Source of the DNA: Octopus bimaculoides
Taxonomy: Eukaryota
NCBI RefSeq assembly: GCF_001194135.2
Contig: NC_068992.1
Coordinates: forward strand, 34,462,476 to 34,500,556
DNA: 38,081 bases
Direction of reading: 5' to 3'
The translations under genes and the position numbers were made by a program. Below are positions 1 to 11,776 of the stretch, one piece after another. The number at the start of each line of letters is the position of its first letter. The first letter of the stretch is position 1. The notes under the pieces are model-generated. The model was not told the origin of the DNA, made no database searches, and saw only the letters and a list, made by a program, of their open reading frames with translations.

Positions 1-340
1 TATATATATATTTATATATATATACACACATACATATATATATACACATATAATATACATATGTATAATATATATATGTATGTGTGTGTGTGTGTGTGTG
101 TACATATACATATATACATACATATAATATGTATATATATGTTTTGCAAACAACTTGAACATGTAAGTACTACTAGTTGAGAATTCTGCATACCAGAAGC
201 CAGCAAGTGTAAGGGGTCATCAAGAGAGAATGCATGCCATTTCAGGGCCTACCTCTTGACAGCATCAGCGCGCACCAGCCCTCCTCACTGATATGAGGCC
301 CTGCTTGCTAGATCAACTGGTTATCTAATAAAGCTCAATA

Positions 341-748
341 GGCGTAGGCCTGGCTGTGTGTTAAGTAGCTTGCTTACCAACCACATGGTTCCGGGTTCAT
401 TCCCACTGTGTGGCACCTTGGGCAAGTGTCTTCTACTATAGCCTCGGGCTGACCAAAGCCTTGTGACTGGATTTGGTAGACGAAAACTGGAAGAAGCCTG
501 TTGTATATATGTATTTATATATATATGTGTGTGTGTATATGTTTGTGTGTCTGTGTTTGTCCCCGCAACATCGCTTGACAACCGATGCTGGTGTGTTTAC
601 GTCCCCGTAACTTAGCTGTTCGGCAAAAAGAGACGGATAGAATACGTACTAGGCTTACAAAGAATAAGTTCTGGGGTCGATTTGCTTGACTAAAGGTGGT
701 GCTCCTGCATGGCCACAGTCAAATGACTGAAACAAGTAAAAGAGAGAG
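341..748 (+). mobile_element. Full-length tRNA-derived SINE (Octopus-type) with a central TA/TG microsatellite
   Basis: A-box-like TGGCTGTGTGTTAAG and B-box-like GGTTCCGGGTTCATTCCC. The body has ACCTTGGGCAAGTGTCTTCTACTATAGCCTCGGG, then a TA/TG tract, then a 3' half ending CAAATGACTGAAACAAGTAAAAGAG. Homologous halves recur at 30120-30350, 37151-37330 and 37965-38081. Confidence 0.85.
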
Positions 749-859
749 TATTTTTCTAGCCATTGCTCATCATCGCCTTCTAACCAAATGCAGTGGGTAG
801 ACTTTTCAACTGTGTGTGTGTGTGTAAGTGTGTAAGTGTGTTTATGTGTGTGTGTGTAT

Positions 860-1469
860 NNNNNNNNNNNNNNNNNNNNNNNNNNNNNNNNNNNNNNNNN
901 NNNNNNNNNNNNNNNNNNNNNNNNNNNNNNNNNNNNNNNNNNNNNNNNNNNNNNNNNNNNNNNNNNNNNNNNNNNNNNNNNNNNNNNNNNNNNNNNNNNN
1001 NNNNNNNNNNNNNNNNNNNNNNNNNNNNNNNNNNNNNNNNNNNNNNNNNNNNNNNNNNNNNNNNNNNNNNNNNNNNNNNNNNNNNNNNNNNNNNNNNNNN
1101 NNNNNNNNNNNNNNNNNNNNNNNNNNNNNNNNNNNNNNNNNNNNNNNNNNNNNNNNNNNNNNNNNNNNNNNNNNNNNNNNNNNNNNNNNNNNNNNNNNNN
1201 NNNNNNNNNNNNNNNNNNNNNNNNNNNNNNNNNNNNNNNNNNNNNNNNNNNNNNNNNNNNNNNNNNNNNNNNNNNNNNNNNNNNNNNNNNNNNNNNNNNN
1301 NNNNNNNNNNNNNNNNNNNNNNNNNNNNNNNNNNNNNNNNNNNNNNNNNNNNNNNNNNNNNNNNNNNNNNNNNNNNNNNNNNNNNNNNNNNNNNNNNNNN
1401 NNNNNNNNNNNNNNNNNNNNNNNNNNNNNNNNNNNNNNNNNNNNNNNNNNNNNNNNNNNNNNNNNNNNN
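860..1469. other. Assembly gap (N run); other gaps at 8885-9545, 10290-11130, 29953-30052, 30795-30804 and 32139-32187
   Basis: Runs of N seen directly, flanked by microsatellite or satellite sequence. Confidence 0.99.
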
Positions 1470-2230
1470 ATATACATATATATATATTTAAACATCACAG
1501 ACCATGAATATTTTATTTTAGCTGTCAGGCCAAGTTTGATACCAATATATAACATTAGACTATCAGTATTTATTTCTGTTGCTTTACATGCTGAAGTCAA
1601 TATGACACTGAATCTGAAATTATGTGCTTGAAAAGCAATTCTTAATTTATTTTGTTTTTCATTCTTTAATGATCACTAAAATAAGTACTTCTCAAATACT
1701 GCAGGTTCATCTAATTGACTATACTTGCTTCAATAGCATGTGTGGTCCTTTACCTATGCTGGAAATCATTTTTTATTAACTACAGTCTTGCTTTTGCTAT
1801 CATTATTGTTTTTTAACCACATGGTTTTGTTGAATCAGTAAACCTGAGATCAAAAACATTCAAAGTGCATTTATGTTGTTTTTTCCTTACAGAGAGTGAA
1901 TCTGTGACTACATCATTCAATATTCACAGCCAGATTTTAAAACAGTACAGTTTGATTTGAGTGAAATCAGACAACCCTTTTCAGCAGGTCCATGTTAAGA
2001 CTCCTTCATTGGTTAGCAAGTTCATTAAAGCAGATAAGACTATGAAGCAGATGGAGATTCATATTTTTCATAATCTAGTGCAATTCTTCATTTTGCTACA
2101 TTCACTTTACTCAGACATCAACATTTTTATTCATTCATTCATTCAATAATAGTAAGATAATTATCAGAAATATGCCAAGGTTAATTCAATATACAGTCTT
2201 CATTATATTGCATAACAAAATTTATCTCAC

Positions 2231-2328
2231 CTTAGAAAATGTAAAATATTGTTATCATTATACTTGCATGTATCTCCCACACACAGATCTATGACATATT
2301 TATTATATTTCACTGAGTGAAATCTGTG
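2231..2328 (-). CDS. Candidate internal exon of an unidentified gene (HRFHSVKYNKYVIDLCVGDTCKYNDNNILHFL, phase 0 to 2)
   Basis: Acceptor gatttgtttcctcag, donor AAG|gtgaga and an open frame. Phase-compatible with the 5286-5377 candidate. Protein not recognised. Confidence 0.22.
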
Positions 2329-3104
2329 CTGAGGAAACAAATCATCCCTGAAGTAAGGCACTAGTCAATCTAAGATACATGACGAGTGGAATTTGATATA
2401 CAAATTTAGATGAACTCACTCATGCAAGCAGAATGAAAACAATGAAGAAGCTGCAATGTAGTTTGAGCTCCTAAGTCATAAGTCATTAATCTTTTTGCTA
2501 TATCATACTCATTATACCTTAAAGTCACTCTATACACACATCTGCTACCACTAAAGTAGTCCACTCCATACAATTACTCCTTATTAATACACTTTGATAT
2601 AACTCAATGCAGACAGTACTAATAAATAATAATATTAATGCGGTTTAAACTAATAAACACTTATAAGATCTCTAATGATCAATGTGTTTGTCACCAGACT
2701 CCTATAGTCCACAAAAAATTATCTACCTTTTCTTGACACTAAGCAATAACTTAGATGTTGTCACATCTAACCAAGCACAAACACATTGCTATGTAAATAA
2801 CATCAACCTTCTTACCTCTTTAATCATCTGCATAAAGTTATCAATTTCTTTTTTGTTTGTTCTTCATTATCAAAGATGATCATGATTCAAGATTGATTTC
2901 TATGTTCTGGTCTGGTGAATTCAGACATGATTAGAAAATGTCTATCCAGGTCAAGGATCCTTTCTACTATGGAGCATGTAGGAAAAATACAACATTTGTA
3001 GTAATGGTAGTCCTAACTTTATAGAATGAATGTTTATTCTCAGCAACTGTCTTTTGCTTTCAACAGGTGAAGTACCAGTGTAAATCAGGATGAACCTTTT
3101 AGGT

Positions 3105-3560
3105 AATTTTTAGGTAGTCACCTCCTGAGAGCTTTCTCCATCACCACCATCACTACCATGCTTTCCCTGAAGGGGCTTGCTATACAGAAGATACTTTGCG
3201 ATGTGCAGTTTCACTATGTAACTGATATGTTTTTCCCACCTTATCTGAACATTTTGCAAAGGAATGTATTGTCTCTGGACTATGCACTCACTTGCAGAAG
3301 GTCCAAGTAACAATTTGGTCTGCCAAGGCACCTCAGTATCCAGAATATTGTTCTGCCAGTGGGTGCAGTAGGGATACTTTATGTAGAAGTGCAGTGTTTG
3401 AAAGGGAGCAGGAAAAGAAAATTAAGCACTACCTAACAGTTGACACTTGTGAGATGGTAACTCAAATCCAACCCATGTGACACAATCTGATTCATGCTGG
3501 TGCCCTGAATGGTGAACTCAAAAGAACTTGCAGCTTTGGAGAAGTGCTTCTTTTGAAAGG
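3105..3560 (-). mobile_element. Degraded RTE-clade LINE fragment (RT C-terminal region)
   Basis: Minus-strand translation WQNNILDTEV...QNVQIRWEKHISYIVKLHIAKYLLYSKPLQGKHG resembles the RTE consensus WQDxIxDTEVL...QLRWAGHVxRMxDxRIPKQLLYGELxxGKR. Contains stops and frameshifts. Confidence 0.7.
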
Positions 3561-5285
3561 CTAGTGCTACTATTATTTCAAACACACACATGTCTCAAAT
3601 AGACTGTCCAGGACTAACAGTTATATGTAAAGTTGTAAGAATAACTGCACTACTTGGTGGAGAATAGATATCAACCTATGATAATTCAAATTGTATTTTA
3701 AACATATCAATACATCTAACCAGGCAAAGTCAACAAAAATATCAGATAATGTCTCTTCTGTTTCTCCCCTACTTAATAATATAGAATAATATTATGTAGC
3801 CTTGCAAAACATTTTAAAGCATATTTTATATAGTACAAACATTATCTGATATACAACTCAATGTGCTCTATAATTGAGATAGATATATTTATCATATCAA
3901 AAATGGACAGTTTACTCAGGGTTTTGAATAACATAAGCTGAGTTCTACACAACAATGTGTGTGTGTATGTTTTAGTGGCATTAGAGACATGAAAAGCAAG
4001 ATATCATAATTGGTTTAGTATCTCTATTGAACGTTAGAAAATAGATAAAACAATGCCATTTAAGGTTCCAGTATTGTCTTGTATGATAGTAACAATTATT
4101 ACTGATTAAACCTTTGAAATGATGGTATTCTATTCTTTTGTTCCCTCAGATTAAAGTAATCTACCAATACAATCTTTGGTGTTTCTATATGAATAAGAGA
4201 TTCTTCAATCCTAATATCAGATGATCAGGAACTCATGTATAATTACTTAATCAATTTCTAGTTTGTTGTTAATTGTTTGTGGCATTAATTTCAAGGAGTA
4301 AATCAGAAAAACCAAAAAGTCTGTCCATTTTTATAATGGATGCAGACAATTTAAGCAAATGGTAAATTATCTTTAATGATAAAAGGAACTTGCCTGTTGT
4401 GTATCTTTAAAGTAATTCTGAAGAAGACTAATTTCAATGAAGAAAGACAAAAAGTAACTATTACAATACTTATATGAGATATTTAAGGAAATAAAGTCAG
4501 AAATTTGTAAATAACTGTTCGGTACCACTCTACTTGCAGTATTTCTTTTACATTTTATACCAAAATGTAAATATATCATGTTCATAAAGCATGCATATAT
4601 ACATATCTGTGTGGCTAACCAAGACATATTTGTTTGAGTTTATATAAACATGTATTTTAGTATAAGATAAAACGATTGACCAAGGATAATTTGAAAGAAG
4701 CTAGGTAAGATATCAAAACACTACATTTCTTTGATCAGATGTCACAAGGTTGTCAATATATTTGAATTAATACTTGACTGTCCAAATCATGTTAGTCCTG
4801 ATAAACAAACTTAATATGATGATGAGAGAAAAAAAAAACAGAAAAGAATGTGTATGTATGTGTGTGCGTGAAAGAGAGTATTTACACTGGCAGTATTTCC
4901 TAAGACAATTGCACTTTCACAAGAAGTTTAAAGAAACACTATGCACATTTTATTTCCTCAAGAAGAAACTTATATATAATTCAAAGCACAGGGTTAGTAG
5001 GATGATGATACATTTATTTCATTTTAGATTTTGTTAATGTACTTAGAAATGGAGAGACCAATAAAATTGTGTACACTTTAGAAAACAGTCTGGAAATTAT
5101 ATGCAGACACATGAGATAGAAAGGTAAAGATGATAAAAAACAACAAAACCTAAACAACTGGTTGGAAAATCTACGCTTTGTGTTTTTCTCAGCATTAGAA
5201 TTGATTCTACAGATAAACCACTTAACTACCAAATTATCTAGTCCACCTTGTTGTAAATACATTTTGTGTAGTGAGAACAACTCAC

Positions 5286-5377
5286 CATTGTGAGCAACAG
5301 CATGTCTCTAAGACTGGTGGGATTTTCTGTAGCTTGTAATACTAAGTTTAATTGATTCTTCAAGAGTACAACAATCT
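5286..5377 (-). CDS. Candidate internal exon of an unidentified gene (IVVLLKNQLNLVLQATENPTSLRDMLLLTM, phase 1 to 0)
   Basis: Strong acceptor ttttagttttgcag and strong donor ATG|gtgagt. 92 nt, with only one of three frames open. Lies in non-repetitive sequence. Protein not recognised. Confidence 0.4.
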
Positions 5378-5670
5378 CTGCAAAACTAAAATATCCTAAA
5401 AGTATGATGGAAATGAATACCTTATGAGGTGCTCCAAGTATCCAACAAGTAACAGAAATCCTTATTACTGTTCAAACAATGCATAGAATATACTTGCCTT
5501 GAAAATAGTTAGGAAATTATTTAACATAAGACAATCTGGGGAATAACAGAATGAAAGGAAAATGTCTCTAGGATGAAAGTGAATGATGTCTGTTTAAAAT
5601 AACCTCTCCTCAGAAATATCAATTATTTTATCTAAGATCTGGAATGAAAAGAAAAATATCAGCCTTAATA

Positions 5671-6959
5671 TGAGCTGGTATCAAAAAGTTCCTGGACTAG
5701 TTATGTAGTGTGCTAACAGATGGCAGCACACAGTTGTGTGCACAATGAGAGCTAGCAGTAACCTTCATGAGACAATGTGTCGAGTGACATCACTGTGTTT
5801 ACTTTGCAAGTTATGAAATTAGTGTTTTTGTGATCATGTGTGTGCTGTAGTCTGTGATTTTGTCATGGAGAGGAACGAAGAGTCAACATGAAATTTTGGG
5901 TTAAACTTGGAAAGTCTGCTACAGAGACATTGAACATGCTTCAGCAAGCTTACAATGTTTTGAGTGGTATGGATGCTTCGAAAGTGGGAGAACATCCCTG
6001 GAAGACAATGAATGATCTGGAAGACCTGCCACAAGCGTCACTCCCAGAAGTAGGGAGAAAATTCATCACCTTGTGCATGAGGATCGTTGGAGGACAATCA
6101 ATGACATTACTAATGTTGTTGGCGTGTTGTATGGGTCTGTGCAAGCAATCCTAACGTCAGAATTAAGCATGTGGTGTGTTTCTGCCAAATTTGTCCCTCA
6201 CCTGCTGACCACTGAGCAGAAAGAACATCGCATCAAAGTCTGCCAAAATCTCCATCAGCCTGCTGCTGATGACCATCCTTCATGTCAAGGATCACTGGTG
6301 ATGAGAGTTGGGTCTAAGAGTACAACTCTGAGATGAAGCAGCAGTCATCATAATGGAAGAGCCCTTCATCACCATGACCAAAGAAGACATGACACAGCCA
6401 CAGCTCAATCAAGAGCATGTTCACTGTTTTTTTTTTTTTTTGACATCCGCAGTATTGTACATCGAGAATTCGTCCCTCAGGGCCAGACCATCAACTGAGA
6501 GTTCTACTGTGACATTTTCAAGTATTTGAGGGAATATATTTGGCAAAAGCAACCAGATCTGTAGAGAAAGAAGGATTGGATTCTTCGTGATGTCAATGCA
6601 TTCTGTCATTAAGCTTTCCTCACTCATGAGTTTCTCACCAAAAACAACTTAGCGTTACTTCTGCACCCTCCCTATTCACAAGATTTAGCACCCGTGGACT
6701 TCCATTTCTTGTTCAAAATAAAATGCCACTCAAAAGTTGCTTTTTTCACACCATTGTCAAGATCCAGAGTGAATCACTGAAGTCCCTTGACTTGCATATG
6801 GAAAATGACTTCCAGACCAGATTCCAAAAGTGGTAGAAATGCTGGGACTGGTGAAATCCTGTGCTATGTGACTATTTCGAAGGGGATGATGTTAAAACTT
6901 TGGTACATAAGTTATTTCTATTAAACATAACTAGTCCAGAAACTTTTTGATTCTACCTT
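5671..6959 (+). mobile_element. Full-length inactive mariner (Tc1/mariner, DD34D-type) with a pseudogenised transposase
   Basis: TIRs ATCAAAAAGTTCCTGGACTAGTTATGT (left) and ACATAACTAGTCCAGAAACTTTTTGAT (right), flanked by TA, ~1.29 kb. Translation MKFWVKLGKSATETLNMLQQAY...SAKFVPHLLTTEQKEHRIKVCQ...KDWILRDVNA...HPPYSQDLAPVDF, with many frameshifts and stops. Confidence 0.93.
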
Positions 6960-8326
6960 TATCATAGTTGAAATTCAACCAGAGAGGAATATTGTACTAT
7001 GTTAGTACAGTAAAAAATACGCTATCTACTTTAAAACTTTCTATGAAGATGTACAAAAAATGTCCAATGGAAATCCAGCAAGTTGTGCTTTGTAGTTGTA
7101 TCTTAGTGCACGATGCATACATTCTGAAAAAAATAACTATGAAAAGCCAAATTTGCTCAGGAAACTGGTTTGTCATGGCACTAGCAAGTAGGAAAATATC
7201 TTTTCAATGAAAATGTTAAGCTTACTTTTCATTTAATGCTCAAATATATTCCTAAGCTGTTTAACCTAATCCATCAGTGATCATTGTATAGTATCTGATG
7301 AGCAGGAGGCTGGAAGGATGGAAATTTAAGGGATATGCTGAACAACTTTTATTCAAAATAGAGGTGTAGCTTAAAGTAATGATTAGAAAATGGCATTTGA
7401 TGCATGGATGCTGAAGTCACAGTATTGGTACAAGTACCTGCTGCAATAAACAATACTACTGAAAATCATTCAAAAACTTGGTCAACAATCCTCATCAATC
7501 AAAAAGGTTGCTTGATATAAAAATTTTGAGAAAAAGAATATTCCAAGGAAAAACTATCTGTGCTGCTATGTTTATTTTGGTGTTAAATCCACTGTAATTC
7601 CCATTACAGAAATCTAATGCTTGTTATGCTATAGTGTACAGCAGTGGAACGCTAATGTTATCCATGATGCTTCTGATGATTTGAATATCTATATTAGAAA
7701 TGGCTCCTGAGACAACTGCATTTAATATCAACATCTTCAACTGATATTGCAATAGAATTTCACCAATAAAATATGTCCATATTTGGTAGCAGCATGTGGA
7801 AAAACCACTTTCCAAACTATCTCTCTGGCTTCAAACAAAGAATGCTACAAATACTATATTATATGATAAAACTTTATCATACACAGCTACTGTAAGCAAA
7901 GATAGAGTAACAAAAGAATATTTTACAATTGTCTTACAATGCAATGTTACCAGTACAGATACCTACATTTGGAATATTTAACTGGATTATGAAGGAAATT
8001 TGTTCTATTTGCATCAAAACCAATAAACTCCTAACAGCAACTCTAAGTTTCCTGACAAATAGCAAAAGTTACAGAAAACTATGGCAAGAGAGTCTTAAGA
8101 TAAATTATTCAGTGTCTGCTAAAAAATAGCAGCAACATATAACTCAGTTAAGTGCTCAAAATTAAGGAGGGCTACATCATTTGAGTCATGAGTGAACTCT
8201 TTATGAATGATATATATGAAAATTGACTGGAAGTGTAATCTCTCATGCTCATTATCATTACATTCCATCACATGTTTAAGGATATACTTTTTCAAGTGTA
8301 AGAGCAAAGAGATAGCTACTAATTAC

Positions 8327-8404
8327 CTTATACACAAAAGTGATAGTGAAACCCTTAAACACCAAAGATGCAGCCGAAAATGTTGATTATATGCAGTTGC
8401 ATAT
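8327..8404 (-). CDS. Candidate internal exon (YATAYNQHFRLHLWCLRVSLSLLCI, phase 2 to 2)
   Basis: Acceptor atgcctttcacag, donor AAG|gtaatt, 78 nt, one frame open. Protein not recognised. Confidence 0.25.
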
Positions 8405-8668
8405 CTGTGAAAGGCATTACACATGATTAGTAACTGCCCAAAGATGTCATCATAGGAAGGTTTAGGTAAAGAAATAGACTATTTAACTCATATTCTGCAA
8501 ATTCAATCTCTATGTGGAACAATGAAAATACAAAGTTCTTTTCTAAACTTCAACATGTGGATTTTTACTGTTATTGTTACCAGAATGCTCCAATGATGCA
8601 ATGATGAGGCAGTTTTCTAAACACAAATCTTTCCTTCTGCTAGAATTCAAAGAATTAAAAAGGAGACA

Positions 8669-10060
8669 TTTCGAGCGGGATCATTGCCAGTGCCCCTGGA
8701 CTGGCTCATGTGCGGGCGACACATGAATCTTTCGAGCGGGATCGTTGCCAGTGCCCCTGGACTGGCTCATGTGCGGGCGACACATAATATCTTTCGTGCA
8801 AGATCGTTGCCAGTGCCCCTGGACTGGCTCTTGTGCGGGTGACACGTGAGGTTTTTTCGAGCGAGATCACTGCCGGTGCCCCTANNNNNNNNNNNNNNNN
8901 NNNNNNNNNNNNNNNNNNNNNNNNNNNNNNNNNNNNNNNNNNNNNNNNNNNNNNNNNNNNNNNNNNNNNNNNNNNNNNNNNNNNNNNNNNNNNNNNNNNN
9001 NNNNNNNNNNNNNNNNNNNNNNNNNNNNNNNNNNNNNNNNNNNNNNNNNNNNNNNNNNNNNNNNNNNNNNNNNNNNNNNNNNNNNNNNNNNNNNNNNNNN
9101 NNNNNNNNNNNNNNNNNNNNNNNNNNNNNNNNNNNNNNNNNNNNNNNNNNNNNNNNNNNNNNNNNNNNNNNNNNNNNNNNNNNNNNNNNNNNNNNNNNNN
9201 NNNNNNNNNNNNNNNNNNNNNNNNNNNNNNNNNNNNNNNNNNNNNNNNNNNNNNNNNNNNNNNNNNNNNNNNNNNNNNNNNNNNNNNNNNNNNNNNNNNN
9301 NNNNNNNNNNNNNNNNNNNNNNNNNNNNNNNNNNNNNNNNNNNNNNNNNNNNNNNNNNNNNNNNNNNNNNNNNNNNNNNNNNNNNNNNNNNNNNNNNNNN
9401 NNNNNNNNNNNNNNNNNNNNNNNNNNNNNNNNNNNNNNNNNNNNNNNNNNNNNNNNNNNNNNNNNNNNNNNNNNNNNNNNNNNNNNNNNNNNNNNNNNNN
9501 NNNNNNNNNNNNNNNNNNNNNNNNNNNNNNNNNNNNNNNNNNNNNAATCTTTCGAGCGGGATCGTTGCCAGTGCCCCTGGACTGGCTCATGTGCGGGCGA
9601 CACGTGATATCTTTCGAGCGAGACCGTTGCCAGTGCCCCTGGACTGGCTCTTGTGCGGGTGACACGTGAAATGTTTCGAGCGGGATCTTTGCCAGTGCCC
9701 ATAGACTGGCTCATGTGCGGGAGACACATGAAATGTTTCAAGCAGGATCGATGCCAGTGCCCCTGGACTGGCGCATGTGCGGGTGACACATGATATCTTT
9801 CGAGCGAGATCGTTGCTGGTGCCCCTGGACTGGCTCTTCTGCGAGTGACACATGAGGTTTTTCGAGCGGTTTCGTTGCCAGTTCCCCTGGACTGGCTCAT
9901 GTGCGGGCAACACACAAAATCCTTCGAGCGAGATCGTTGCCAGTGACCCTGGACTGGCTCTTGTGCGGGTGAAACATGAAATGTTTTGAGCGAGATCGTT
10001 GCCAGTGCCCCTGGACTGGCTCTTGTCCGGGTGGCACATAAAAGACACCATTTCGAGCGT
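8669..10060 (+). repeat. GC-rich tandem satellite/minisatellite with a ~61-63 bp unit
   Basis: Unit TTTCGAGCGAGATCGTTGCCAGTGCCCCTGGACTGGCTCTTGTGCGGGTGACACGTGAAA. Unit starts at 8670, 8731, 8793 and 8856, then about 8 more units after the gap. Runs directly into an RTE-type 3' tail. Confidence 0.95.
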
Positions 10061-10267
10061 GGCCGTTTTCGTGCGGGTGACACGTAAAAGCACCCACTAC
10101 ACACTCTGAGTGGTTGGCGTTAGGAAGGGCATCCAGCTGTAGAAACTCTGCCAAATTAGATTGGATCCTGGTGTTGGCATCCGGTTTCACCAGTCCTCAG
10201 TCAAATCGTCCAACCCATGCTAGCATGGAAGACGGACGTTAAACGATGATGATGATGATGATGATGA
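10060..10267 (+). mobile_element. RTE-LINE-type 3' tail ending in (GAT)n
   Basis: GAGTGGTTGGCGTTAGGAAGGGCATCCAGCTGTAGAAAC...CCAACCCATGCTAGCATGGAA...GTTAAACGATGATGATG is homologous to the 3' end of the RTE at 20720-20891. Confidence 0.85.
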
Positions 10268-11165
10268 TATATATATATATACACACATGNNNNNNNNNNN
10301 NNNNNNNNNNNNNNNNNNNNNNNNNNNNNNNNNNNNNNNNNNNNNNNNNNNNNNNNNNNNNNNNNNNNNNNNNNNNNNNNNNNNNNNNNNNNNNNNNNNN
10401 NNNNNNNNNNNNNNNNNNNNNNNNNNNNNNNNNNNNNNNNNNNNNNNNNNNNNNNNNNNNNNNNNNNNNNNNNNNNNNNNNNNNNNNNNNNNNNNNNNNN
10501 NNNNNNNNNNNNNNNNNNNNNNNNNNNNNNNNNNNNNNNNNNNNNNNNNNNNNNNNNNNNNNNNNNNNNNNNNNNNNNNNNNNNNNNNNNNNNNNNNNNN
10601 NNNNNNNNNNNNNNNNNNNNNNNNNNNNNNNNNNNNNNNNNNNNNNNNNNNNNNNNNNNNNNNNNNNNNNNNNNNNNNNNNNNNNNNNNNNNNNNNNNNN
10701 NNNNNNNNNNNNNNNNNNNNNNNNNNNNNNNNNNNNNNNNNNNNNNNNNNNNNNNNNNNNNNNNNNNNNNNNNNNNNNNNNNNNNNNNNNNNNNNNNNNN
10801 NNNNNNNNNNNNNNNNNNNNNNNNNNNNNNNNNNNNNNNNNNNNNNNNNNNNNNNNNNNNNNNNNNNNNNNNNNNNNNNNNNNNNNNNNNNNNNNNNNNN
10901 NNNNNNNNNNNNNNNNNNNNNNNNNNNNNNNNNNNNNNNNNNNNNNNNNNNNNNNNNNNNNNNNNNNNNNNNNNNNNNNNNNNNNNNNNNNNNNNNNNNN
11001 NNNNNNNNNNNNNNNNNNNNNNNNNNNNNNNNNNNNNNNNNNNNNNNNNNNNNNNNNNNNNNNNNNNNNNNNNNNNNNNNNNNNNNNNNNNNNNNNNNNN
11101 NNNNNNNNNNNNNNNNNNNNNNNNNNNNNNATATATACCGCCTGACTGGCCTTTGTAGGGTTTTA

Positions 11166-11467
11166 GAGCGAGATCGTTGCCAGTGCCCCTGGACTGGCTC
11201 TTGTCCGGGTGGCACATAAAAGACACCATTTCGAGCGTGGCCGTTTTCGTGCGGGTGACACGTAAAAGCACCCACTACACACTCTGAGTGGTTGGCGTTA
11301 GGAAGGGCATCCAGCTGTAGAAACTCTGCCAAATTAGATTGGATCCTGGTGTTGGCATCCGGTTTCACCAGTCCTCAGTCAAATCGTCCAACCCATGCTA
11401 GCATGGAAGACGGACGTTAAACGATGATGATGATGATGATGATGATATATATATATATACACACATG
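11166..11467 (+). repeat. Apparently identical 302-bp duplicate of 9988-10289 across an N gap (probable assembly artefact)
   Basis: Same length and, by eye, same sequence, including the microsatellite lengths. Confidence 0.8.
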
Positions 11468-11686
11468 TATAAGTTAGAAGCTATCATCTGGTGTGGTTTT
11501 ATTCTCTTAATACATTTAACCAGTTAATGTCACCAATATCTACTGGTTGTCCTACAATAAATGGATTTTCCCAAATGATGCAACATCACAGAAATCAAAG
11601 GAATCAAAGAACCTAATTCAGTAAGGCAGCTAATTTATATGGGAACTATTGTAAAGGTTAAATCTCTCAACAGATCCTATACTCAC

Positions 11687-11776
11687 AAGTACGTATAATG
11701 TTAATACATGCACATTTTGTTAGAGTTTGATGCTGAAGACTTATAAGAGAAAGAACTCCCTGTGATGTTGCAATTC
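11687..11776 (-). CDS. Candidate internal exon (IATSQGVLSLISLQHQTLTKCACINIIRT, phase 1 to 1)
   Basis: Acceptor cgcctttag, donor TT|gtgagt, 90 nt open. Protein not recognised. Confidence 0.28.

Noticed and set aside
1690-1990. Plus-strand acceptor-flanked frames (e.g. CDYIIQYSQPDFK, and a TM-like LTILASIACVVLYLCW)
   Set aside because: Stops lie between the acceptor and the open stretch in every usable phase.
2816-2830. Micro-exon ATGATTAAAGAG|gtaaga on the minus strand
   Set aside because: Strong donor but unverifiable, and such matches are expected by chance.
8669-10060. CRISPR-like appearance of the ~62-bp array
   Set aside because: The whole unit repeats with no unique spacers, there are no cas genes and the context is eukaryotic.
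793-11368. Long ORFs (200-445 aa) in the ORF track
   Set aside because: They consist of X from N gaps or translated satellite/microsatellite sequence, so they are not genes.
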